DNA from: Deltaproteobacteria bacterium
Lineage (GTDB): Bacteria > JAMCPX01
DNA: 64,000 bases
Assembly (NCBI GenBank): GCA_023381995.1
Contig: JAMCVD010000084.1
Coordinates: forward strand, 1,010-65,009
Direction: 5' to 3'
Each line of letters begins with the position of its first letter. The stretch's first letter is position 1. The notes below the pieces were generated by a model, which saw only the letters and a list, made by a program, of their open reading frames with translations, had not been told where the DNA came from and did no database searches. The translations under genes and the position numbers were made by a program. Positions 18,819-26,761 of the stretch are shown piece by piece.

Positions 18819-19445
18819 ATGGGTAAAAAGGGGCTATTCATAACCTTCGAGGGTATCGACGGATCGGGCAAAACAACACAGCTTGAGCTGCTCTACGGCG
18901 ATCTCCTGTCGACAGGCATTCACGCAATCAAGACCCGCGAGCCCGGCGGCACAGCGCTCGGCGAGAAGGTCCGGGCTCTGCTTGCAGACGATCATCTCGA
19001 CATACTTCCGCACACGGAGCTCCTCCTGTTCTTCTCCAGCAGGGCACAGCTCATGGGGTCACTGATACTGCCCGCGATTAAAAGGGGACGATTAATCCTG
19101 TGCGACAGGTTCCATGACGCAACCGTTGCATACCAGGGATACGGCAGGGGGCTGGGCATGGACATCATAGCCATGCTCGAAAAGGCGTTCGTCGGCACGG
19201 TAAGGCCGGACAGGACATACCTACTGGACTGTCCGTACGAGATCGCAAAAAAGAGGCTCTTGTGCCGATCGGCACAAGAGCGGATCGAGTTCATGGACAA
19301 GTCATTCTTCGAGAGGGTACGGAAGGGCTATCTGGCCCTGGCAGGAAAAGAGAAGGGAAGGATCGTCGTCATAGACGCGGGCAGCGGCATCGATCCCATC
19401 CACAGGCAGATCAGGGAGGATTTTTTCAAATGGGCGGGGCTGTAG
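18819..19445 (+). CDS. tmk: Thymidylate kinase
   Basis: 208 aa. It has the P-loop FITFEGIDGSGKTTQ and a DRF lid motif. Confidence 0.9.
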   Translation: MGKKGLFITFEGIDGSGKTTQLELLYGDLLSTGIHAIKTREPGGTALGEKVRALLADDHLDILPHTELLLFFSSRAQLMGSLILPAIKRGRLILCDRFHDATVAYQGYGRGLGMDIIAMLEKAFVGTVRPDRTYLLDCPYEIAKKRLLCRSAQERIEFMDKSFFERVRKGYLALAGKEKGRIVVIDAGSGIDPIHRQIREDFFKWAGL

Positions 19446-19501
19446 ACCACAGACCAGAGACATGGGACCCGGGCATCGGGCCCTTCATCTGAGGAGAGCG
19501 T

Positions 19502-20491
19502 ATGTCTTTCATGGATATAAAAGGACAGCAGAGGGCGATAACGATGATACGGAAGTTCATCGAGAGCAATGCCGTAAACAGCTCTTTCCTCTTTTTCGGG
19601 AGTAAGGGCACAGGGAAGCACACCACGGCACTGAGCATGGCCAAGGCCCTGAACTGTACCGGGAATAGCGGTGATCCCTGCCTGTCCGATGACGTATGCA
19701 TGAGCTGTAAAAAGATCGAAAGGGCCATGCATCCCGATGTCGTGGAGCTCACGATACCCATACCAGACGACGCATCACAGATGGACAGCGTCGTAAGGAC
19801 CATCGAATGGCTGAACCTGCCCCTGTTCGAGGGCAGGCAAAAGATAGCCATCATAGACGATGCGTCCGAGCTGAACGTCCATGCGCAGAACGCGATGCTC
19901 AAAACGCTCGAAGAGCCCCCTCCATGGGCGACCATAATACTGATCGCGTCGGCCTACACAAGACTCCTGCCGACGGTCCAGTCGCGACCGATAAAGATCG
20001 GGTTCAGCAGACTGTCGGTGGACGCTATCAGACAGGTCCTGCGCTCGATCACGCACTTGAAGGACGAAGAGATCGACTACCTGAGCCTGATATCGGGCGG
20101 CAGGATCGAATACACGTCGCCCGATGACATGGAGGCGGACGTCAAAAAGGTCGTCGCGCTGCTCGCGGACATCGACGATCCGGCGTCCATAGTAAGAGCG
20201 ACCGAAAGGTTCAAGGCCGGCCCGTACAGGGAGCAGTTTGATCATGTCCTTGACATCGTACTATCGTTTCTCATAGACGCGATTGTTGCCAGGGACGGAC
20301 CCGGTATGCTAAGGAACAAGGTATTCACCGAAGAGGTGCAGTCCTTTTCAAAAAGATTCGACAGGCACGCTATGATAAATGCCGCCCTTATGCTCGAAGA
20401 GGGGAGGGCAGCGTACGAGCTCAATGTCAGTCCGCAGATGATTATGGAACACGCATTATTTGAACTTATAAGTGATGAGTATGCTGGCTAA
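19502..20491 (+). CDS. holB: DNA polymerase III delta-prime subunit
   Basis: 329 aa. It has the AAA+ clamp-loader P-loop FGSKGTGKHT and sits in the conserved position between tmk and the PSP1 gene. Confidence 0.8.
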   Translation: MSFMDIKGQQRAITMIRKFIESNAVNSSFLFFGSKGTGKHTTALSMAKALNCTGNSGDPCLSDDVCMSCKKIERAMHPDVVELTIPIPDDASQMDSVVRTIEWLNLPLFEGRQKIAIIDDASELNVHAQNAMLKTLEEPPPWATIILIASAYTRLLPTVQSRPIKIGFSRLSVDAIRQVLRSITHLKDEEIDYLSLISGGRIEYTSPDDMEADVKKVVALLADIDDPASIVRATERFKAGPYREQFDHVLDIVLSFLIDAIVARDGPGMLRNKVFTEEVQSFSKRFDRHAMINAALMLEEGRAAYELNVSPQMIMEHALFELISDEYAG

Positions 20492-21299
20492 AAGAATTAC
20501 AAAGATTCAGTCCGACTTTTCGGGAGAATTTCTGCTGTACGATGCCTCCGATTGTAAGCTGCAAAAGGGGCAGAGGGCCGTCATAGAGACCAAAAACGGC
20601 TTTTCCACAGGCAGGGTGAGGATAGAGCCGTACCTCTCGGAGATGCGGGAGGAGGACATAAAGGCCCTGCTCAAGGTGATCAGGGCCTTTTCCGTCGAAG
20701 ATGCGGAGAAGGAGCAGATCCTCTTTCAGAGGGCGAAGGAGGCGAAGATATACTGTCAGAACAAGGCGGACGAGTCCGGCCTCAAGCTCACGGTCGTCGA
20801 TACGAGGTTCTACTTCGACGGCAGCGGTGCGATGTTCTACTTTGTCGCTGAGACAAGGATCGACTTCCGGGAGCTCATCAAGGACCTCGCAAAGCGCTTC
20901 CATATACACATCGAGATGAAACAGATAGGGGCACGTGACAGATCGAAGATGATATGCGGTGTCGGGCCCTGCGGCCGTGAGCTCTGCTGCAGCACCTTCC
21001 TGAAGACGTTCTCTCCCGTAACGATGAGGCATGTAAAGCCACAAGGCCTGCCACAGACCTACCATAAGCTCTCCGGTGTCTGCGGCAAGTTCATGTGCTG
21101 CCTCACCTACGAGTACGATTCCTACGTCCAGGCGCTCGAGGTGCTCCCGAAGCTCAACAAGAGGGTCTCTACACCCCTCGGCTACGGCGAGGTCGTAGGG
21201 CACAACGTGCTCAACATGGAGGTCGTCGTTTTGCTCGAAAACGGAGAGAAGGTCAGGTTTAAATACGATCAGGTAAAGTCGAAAGGCCTGTTCGGCTAA
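20472..21299 (+). CDS. PSP1 C-terminal domain protein (YaaT/RicT-like)
   Basis: 275 aa. It contains the Cys-rich CGVGPCGRELCCSTFL segment typical of YaaT/PSP1 and lies in the conserved tmk-holB-yaaT-metG arrangement. Confidence 0.75.
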   Translation: MMSMLAKRITKIQSDFSGEFLLYDASDCKLQKGQRAVIETKNGFSTGRVRIEPYLSEMREEDIKALLKVIRAFSVEDAEKEQILFQRAKEAKIYCQNKADESGLKLTVVDTRFYFDGSGAMFYFVAETRIDFRELIKDLAKRFHIHIEMKQIGARDRSKMICGVGPCGRELCCSTFLKTFSPVTMRHVKPQGLPQTYHKLSGVCGKFMCCLTYEYDSYVQALEVLPKLNKRVSTPLGYGEVVGHNVLNMEVVVLLENGEKVRFKYDQVKSKGLFG

Positions 21300-21306
21300 G
21301 GAGGAC

Positions 21307-23292
21307 ATGGTGGGAGCGAAACGCGTATCCGGGAAAAAGGACAAAGGCTTCTACGTAACGACGCCCATCTATTACGTGAACGACGTACCGCACATAGGGC
21401 ACGCGTACACGACCATAGCGGCCGACGTCCTCGTCCGCTACAAAAGGCTCTCCGGACGCAGCGTGCTGTTTACAACGGGCACGGACGAGCACGGCAAGAA
21501 GATACAGCGTTCCGCGGAGGAGCGCGGCATGTCCCCGAAAACGCTTGCCGACAGTGTCGTCGCTAAATTTGTGGATGCATGGAAGCTCCTGGACATACGG
21601 AATGATGTCTTCATACGGACCACGGAAGAGCGTCATACGCGGGTCGTGCAGGAAATCTGGGCGAGGCTGAAGGCGAACGGCGACATCTATCCCGGCGCCT
21701 ACGAGGGCTGGTACTGCACCCCTGACGAATCTTACTGGACCGAGAAAGAGCTCGTGGACGGTAAATGCCCCTCGTGCGGCAGGGAGGTCGAGAAGATAAA
21801 GGAAGAGAGCTACTTTTTCAGGCTGTCACGGTATCAGCAGCCGCTGCTCAGGCACATCGAGGCGAACGACGGCTTCATCCTCCCGGCCTCAAGGAGAAAC
21901 GAAGTCCTGAGCTTCGTACGGGACGGGCTGAAAGACCTGAGTATAACGAGGAGCGGATTCGAGTGGGGAATCAAGGTGCCCGGCGACCCAGGGCTCGTGG
22001 TCTACGTCTGGCTCGATGCACTCCTGAACTATCTCACCGCGGCCGGCTTTATGGGCGATACCGATACGTTCGACGATTTCTGGCCCCCGGACATTCAGCT
22101 CGTGGGAAAGGACATCCTGAAGTTCCACGCCGTATATTGGCCAGCGTTCCTCATGTCAGCAGGGCTGCCACTGCCGAAGCAGATATTTGCGCACGGCTGG
22201 TGGACGATAGAGGGTATGAAAATGAGCAAGTCCCTGGGCAACGTCGTCTCGCCGGAATCACTCGTAGATGCCTACGGCACCGATGCAACAAGGTACTTCC
22301 TGATGAGGGAGGTGCCGTTCGGCCTCGACGGCAACTTCTCAGACACTGCGATGCAGACACGCATAAACAGCGACCTTGCGAATGACCTGGGGAACCTGCT
22401 CTCCAGGGCCACAGGCATGGTCGCAAGGTTTGCCAACGGAGTACTGCCTGTAGCGGGGGCCCAGGACCAGTCCGATAGAGCGCTGCAAGAAAAGGCAGCA
22501 CAGCTATACACCGCGTACAGTACCGCGATGGACAATATCGAGTTCCATAACGCACTCTCTGCCGTATGGGGGTTCATAGGGGAGGCGAACAAATATGTAG
22601 ACCAGACAAGGCCGTGGCAGGATGCAAAGGCGGGAAACACGGAAAGGCTGAACACACGGCTCTATACTACGATAGAGGCGACGAGGATCGTCGCAGTGTA
22701 CCTTCTGCCGTTTATGCCGGATGCAGCACGCAAAATCTTGAGTGCGATAGCACAGGATGCAAAAGCAGAAGGCCTCAATCTCGGGCAGCTCTCCGCATGG
22801 GGCGGAGCTGTACCGTCCGTCAGGATCGCTCTGGCACAGCCGCTGTTCGCAAAGAAGCCGGACAGTGCAAAATCCGATCCAGCGAAGACGCGGGCGGATC
22901 TGTCCCGACCATCCAAAAAAATGCAGGAAGCACCACCTGCACAAAACACCGCACAGCAGAAGCAGGCACCAGGGACCATGGGCATAGACGAGTTTAAAAA
23001 GACCGAATTAAAGGTCGGAACCATACTGAGCGCGCAGAGGGTGGAAGGATCACAGAAACTTATAAAGATAGAGGTCGACATAGGAGAGAAGAGGACCATC
23101 GTCGCGGGCATAGGCAGGTCTTACTCGCCGGAGGAGCTTCCCGGCAAACGTATCGTTGTCGTTGCAAACCTCCGGCCCGCGGAGCTGTTCGGAATACAAT
23201 CGCAGGGCATGTTGCTTGCTGCCGGGGACGCAGAGCACCTCGGCCTTCTGACGCTCGACAGGGACGTTCCCAATGGGACGAGGATCAAATAG
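21307..23292 (+). CDS. metG: Methionine--tRNA ligase
   Basis: 661 aa. It has the HIGH motif (PHIGHAYT) and the KMSKS motif (KMSKSLGNVV). The C-terminal EMAP/Trbp111-like tRNA-binding domain is present (GTILSAQRVEGSQKLIKIEVDIG). Confidence 0.95.
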   Translation: MVGAKRVSGKKDKGFYVTTPIYYVNDVPHIGHAYTTIAADVLVRYKRLSGRSVLFTTGTDEHGKKIQRSAEERGMSPKTLADSVVAKFVDAWKLLDIRNDVFIRTTEERHTRVVQEIWARLKANGDIYPGAYEGWYCTPDESYWTEKELVDGKCPSCGREVEKIKEESYFFRLSRYQQPLLRHIEANDGFILPASRRNEVLSFVRDGLKDLSITRSGFEWGIKVPGDPGLVVYVWLDALLNYLTAAGFMGDTDTFDDFWPPDIQLVGKDILKFHAVYWPAFLMSAGLPLPKQIFAHGWWTIEGMKMSKSLGNVVSPESLVDAYGTDATRYFLMREVPFGLDGNFSDTAMQTRINSDLANDLGNLLSRATGMVARFANGVLPVAGAQDQSDRALQEKAAQLYTAYSTAMDNIEFHNALSAVWGFIGEANKYVDQTRPWQDAKAGNTERLNTRLYTTIEATRIVAVYLLPFMPDAARKILSAIAQDAKAEGLNLGQLSAWGGAVPSVRIALAQPLFAKKPDSAKSDPAKTRADLSRPSKKMQEAPPAQNTAQQKQAPGTMGIDEFKKTELKVGTILSAQRVEGSQKLIKIEVDIGEKRTIVAGIGRSYSPEELPGKRIVVVANLRPAELFGIQSQGMLLAAGDAEHLGLLTLDRDVPNGTRIK

Positions 23293-23300
23293 GAGGACAC

Positions 23301-23924
23301 ATGATACGAAAAAGCATGATCTTTTTGTCGCTGGCCGGGATGATCGTTTTGGGCATCGGGTGCGGCAGCCCGTCGAAATCGAATCCGCCTCCACAGGCGC
23401 CGCCGCAAGCGCCCGCGAATCTTGGTATCGCCCCAGGCGATAGGCAGATCTCGCTGGCGTGGAGCCCATCCACAGGCGCCGACGGGTATTACCTCTACTA
23501 CTACAACACGGGCACCGTTATCCAGGGCAACCGCCAATTCCTTGCGAAAACGACCTCCACGACCTACACGCACTCCAGCCTAACCAATGGTGTCCTGTAT
23601 GAATATTTTATATCCGCCTACAACGACTACGGGTCGAGTACGGAGACCGAAGAAATGGGCGTACCTTCGTCCATAACGACGATCTCCGTTCCCGGCGGCG
23701 TCACCCTTACGTGGACCGCCGTCACCGCTCCTACCATACCGGCGGGCTATACCATATTCTACGACTCAAACAGCGGTTCGGGCCAGACCACGTCGACCGC
23801 CTCGACATGCACTGTTACGGTCCCCACGCCGGGCCCTTGCACACTCACGATAACGACGGACATCCCGAACTATCCCCCGGACATCCGGGTAGGCAGCGAA
23901 ATAACAACGACCATTAAGCCGTGA
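23301..23924 (+). CDS. Lipoprotein with fibronectin type III-like domains
   Basis: 207 aa. The signal peptide has a lipobox (LGIGC). A Pro/Gln linker is followed by FN3-like segments (ISLAWSPSTGADGYYLYY; VTLTWTAVT). Confidence 0.5.
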   Translation: MIRKSMIFLSLAGMIVLGIGCGSPSKSNPPPQAPPQAPANLGIAPGDRQISLAWSPSTGADGYYLYYYNTGTVIQGNRQFLAKTTSTTYTHSSLTNGVLYEYFISAYNDYGSSTETEEMGVPSSITTISVPGGVTLTWTAVTAPTIPAGYTIFYDSNSGSGQTTSTASTCTVTVPTPGPCTLTITTDIPNYPPDIRVGSEITTTIKP

Positions 23925-26297
23925 CTACCCGCCGCCTGGGTTGGTAGTTATGGTGGGCCATGTCTCCGGGACGGCCGTAAACGGGGTCATGTCCGGGGTG
24001 GCCTGAAACATGTCATACATGGGCAGTGCGGTCGCATCGTACTCCGTCATTGGCTGCAGGCCCAGTATCATCTCTATGGTCCTCAGTACGCTCGGAAACC
24101 CGTAGTGCTCGAACGAGATGTGTCCGTGCTTTGCATACGGGCCCACGACCACGATGAACGACCTGTCCTGTGCGACGTGATCGATCCCGACCTGCGGGTC
24201 GTCCTCGTCCAGAAAGATCACGGTCGATCCCCAGTACTTGCTGTTCGCGATGGCATCAACGACCATCGCGGTCGCGTAGTCGTTCTCTGAGTAGTCCCCC
24301 GGGGGATAATGGTCGTCGCCGAACGTCAGATACACGAATTGCGGGAACTTATCCGCTGCCACCATAGTGTTAAAGACGCCGAGGAAATAGTCCGCCCGTG
24401 CAACATCGCTGAACTGACTGCCGTAGCTTGGATCGATGTACGGCAGGTATTCCGAAGGCGTGGGGCTGTTAAAGGCGGAGGTGTACAGCCTCGGTACGCC
24501 CTCTCCGAAGACCGAGAACGAGACCCCGGCATCCAGAAGCCGGGAAAAGATGGAGCCACCCGGCAGCCCTGCTATGGGCTGACCGGAGTCGTCCGTCCTG
24601 TTCATTCCGCCGTAGTCCAGGTTTATCGCCCATATCCTCCGAAGATAGTCGCTCTCGTAGCCGTTGATGGCGAGCGGATGGCCCTCTATGGAGGTATCGA
24701 TGTCGAGATAGAAGTTCGTATCGAGGGCAAACTGGCTTGCCATTGCGTGTATGTTGGGTGTTGTAAATCCCTTGCCTGCCTCACTCGCGCACCCGTACGT
24801 CACCGGCACGCCGCTCAGGGCAGAATCGCTCCCCGGCGCATAGTACGGACACGGTATAGGCCGCGTGCCTGCACGTGCCCCAAGGTCACCGAATTCCATA
24901 TCCGCCGTCTTGTTCTCCCTGAAGATATAGACGACATGTTTGATGTTCGACCACGCCGACCGTATGGCTGCCGGGACCGGCGGACGACCGGGGCTGACGA
25001 AGTCGTTCGCAAGCACGCGAGACGTGTACCCGGCAAGCTGCGAGGAAGACAGAACGGGTATGTCCGAAACAGAGCCGTAGACATACCAATTATAGCTCAG
25101 GAAGCTGAATATTTGGGCGTAGCCTGCCGGCACCCACGGCCCATGCCCTATGCCGTACATATTTACGGTATAGATGTGGCCGTTCAGGCTGTCAAATACC
25201 ACCCCCGCCGGGTACGATCCAACCGGTATCCGACCGATGACGGCATCCGTAGCTGTATCCACGACGGCGACGGCGTTGTCGGCCCCCATGGCGACATAGA
25301 GCCTGCTGCCGTCCTGCGATACCGCAAGCCCGTCTGGCGAGCCCCCGACGGACGGCTCTGTCGGATATAGTGCAAGGGATATGGACGATACCGCCTTCGT
25401 CGATGTATCGATAACGCTCACCGAGTCGCTCAATGTATTTGCGACATACATCTTTGAGCCGTCCGGCGAGGAAACAATCGCTGCCGGGCCTGCCTGTACG
25501 GGAATGACCGCCGTCGTGACTGGCGTGCCGGAAAGCGATACAACGGACACGTCCGAAGAGCCCCTGTTCGAAACATATGCCTCGCTCCCGTCGGGTGTCA
25601 CGGCAACGGCCCATGGATAAAGCCCGCCGGTGACCACTGTGTACGCCTGTGCCCCTTTCGACAGGTCTATGATCGACACCGTCTCCCCCGGGTACTGGGG
25701 ACAGTCCGGCGGGGCGATGCTCCCGCCGCATTCATACCCCACGTCGTTCGCGGAAACGAGGGTGCTCCCGTTCACAGCGATGCCGGCCGGCGTAGGCAAC
25801 AGCGTCATCTGCGTACCAAAGGTGGATGTTGTATATGCCTGCAGCGGGATCGCCCGCTTCAAGGCCATTCTCCTGGTCGTGTCTATGCTTACATCGAGTA
25901 TAAAGCCGCTCTGGCTCTGTATGCCGGGTACGTAGATGTCGGTGCCGGCGCTGTTGACGGCCATGCCGTCGAAAGATTCGTACGGAGCAAGGGGGAGCGA
26001 TGATGCGACGGTGTCCGTAAGGGCATCTATGGCCGTAATCTTATGAGTGCCGCCCGTCTTCACCCATCCGGTGCTCAAGGTCAGGACCGTCTTGCCGTCG
26101 GGCGTCATCGCGATCTCGCTCGGCATCGGTATGCTCTTTCTGTCAGCAGCGATCTGAACCCCCGCGGGCGTAAGGATGTATCCGTTTGCACCGTACAGGG
26201 GCGTACTGCCTTTTGACTCCCTGCTGCACCCCGTGGATCCCACTGCGGCGGTAAGAAACACAACAAAAAAAACAAACGATAGGTTCCTGTTCCTCAT
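23925..26297 (-). CDS. Lipoprotein: N-terminal YVTN-type beta-propeller fused to C-terminal phosphoesterase (PLC/AcpA, PF04185-like) domain
   Basis: 790 aa. The lipoprotein signal is FLTAAVGSTGC. Repeated motifs LYVANTLSDSVSVID, LYVAMGADNAVAVVD and AYVSNRGSSDVSVV are present. The C-terminal region (HVVYIFRENKTADMEFGDLG ... FIVVVGPYAKHGHISFEHYGFPSVLRTIEMILGL) matches the phosphoesterase family. A strong SD AAGGAGG precedes the ATG. Confidence 0.6.
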   Translation of the reverse strand: MRNRNLSFVFFVVFLTAAVGSTGCSRESKGSTPLYGANGYILTPAGVQIAADRKSIPMPSEIAMTPDGKTVLTLSTGWVKTGGTHKITAIDALTDTVASSLPLAPYESFDGMAVNSAGTDIYVPGIQSQSGFILDVSIDTTRRMALKRAIPLQAYTTSTFGTQMTLLPTPAGIAVNGSTLVSANDVGYECGGSIAPPDCPQYPGETVSIIDLSKGAQAYTVVTGGLYPWAVAVTPDGSEAYVSNRGSSDVSVVSLSGTPVTTAVIPVQAGPAAIVSSPDGSKMYVANTLSDSVSVIDTSTKAVSSISLALYPTEPSVGGSPDGLAVSQDGSRLYVAMGADNAVAVVDTATDAVIGRIPVGSYPAGVVFDSLNGHIYTVNMYGIGHGPWVPAGYAQIFSFLSYNWYVYGSVSDIPVLSSSQLAGYTSRVLANDFVSPGRPPVPAAIRSAWSNIKHVVYIFRENKTADMEFGDLGARAGTRPIPCPYYAPGSDSALSGVPVTYGCASEAGKGFTTPNIHAMASQFALDTNFYLDIDTSIEGHPLAINGYESDYLRRIWAINLDYGGMNRTDDSGQPIAGLPGGSIFSRLLDAGVSFSVFGEGVPRLYTSAFNSPTPSEYLPYIDPSYGSQFSDVARADYFLGVFNTMVAADKFPQFVYLTFGDDHYPPGDYSENDYATAMVVDAIANSKYWGSTVIFLDEDDPQVGIDHVAQDRSFIVVVGPYAKHGHISFEHYGFPSVLRTIEMILGLQPMTEYDATALPMYDMFQATPDMTPFTAVPETWPTITTNPGGG

Positions 26298-26351
26298 ATG
26301 TCCTCCTTTTTCATCGGCATGTCCTCACTCAAGGTGCAGCGGCAACGGGTG

Positions 26352-26468
26352 TTACGCGCGCTCCTCTTTCTCCTTTGCCTTCTGCTCGATGGATATCTTT
26401 TTCTTTATCCTCAGTCTCTTCAATTTCCTCCTCTGTTTCCTGCGAAGCTCCCGATCTTTCTCTCTCAT
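26352..26468 (-). CDS. Candidate small basic protein (38 aa, MREKDRELRRKQRRKLKRLRIKKKISIEQKAKEKEERA)
   Basis: The ATG at 26468 is preceded by a perfect AAGGAG 7 nt upstream, and TAA is at 26352-26354. The ORF lies immediately downstream of rpmB and is not in the provided ORF track, which appears to have a length cutoff. Confidence 0.3.
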   Translation of the reverse strand: MREKDRELRRKQRRKLKRLRIKKKISIEQKAKEKEERA

Positions 26469-26483
26469 ATCTACTCCTTTTAA

Positions 26484-26687
26484 TCAAACGGCCTTCCTGG
26501 CAACTTTCTGGATCTTGCCGGACTTTATACAGGTGGAGCACACTGAGACGGTTCTGACGCTGCCGTCCAATACTATCTTAATCCTTTGAAGGTTCGGCTC
26601 CCACCTTTTGTTCGTTCTGTTGTTCGCATGGCTTACCTTGTGGCCATACTGCGGGCCCTTGCCGCATATCTTGCACACTTTTGACAT
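26484..26687 (-). CDS. rpmB: 50S ribosomal protein L28
   Basis: 67 aa, [34 protein letters not shown].., canonical bL28. Confidence 0.9.
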   Translation of the reverse strand: MSKVCKICGKGPQYGHKVSHANNRTNKRWEPNLQRIKIVLDGSVRTVSVCSTCIKSGKIQKVARKAV

Positions 26688-26761
26688 GACCTTTCCTCCA
26701 TTCTTGTTTTAAACAACTAAGTCTTTAAATCCCACTTTAGCACCGTGGTGGAACGGGGGAC

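Noticed and set aside
26352-26468. Calling the small basic ORF downstream of rpmB ribosomal protein L33 (rpmG)
   Set aside because: It is at the expected position but has no Cys zinc-ribbon and no resemblance to L33 sequences I know. It is kept only as a candidate small protein.
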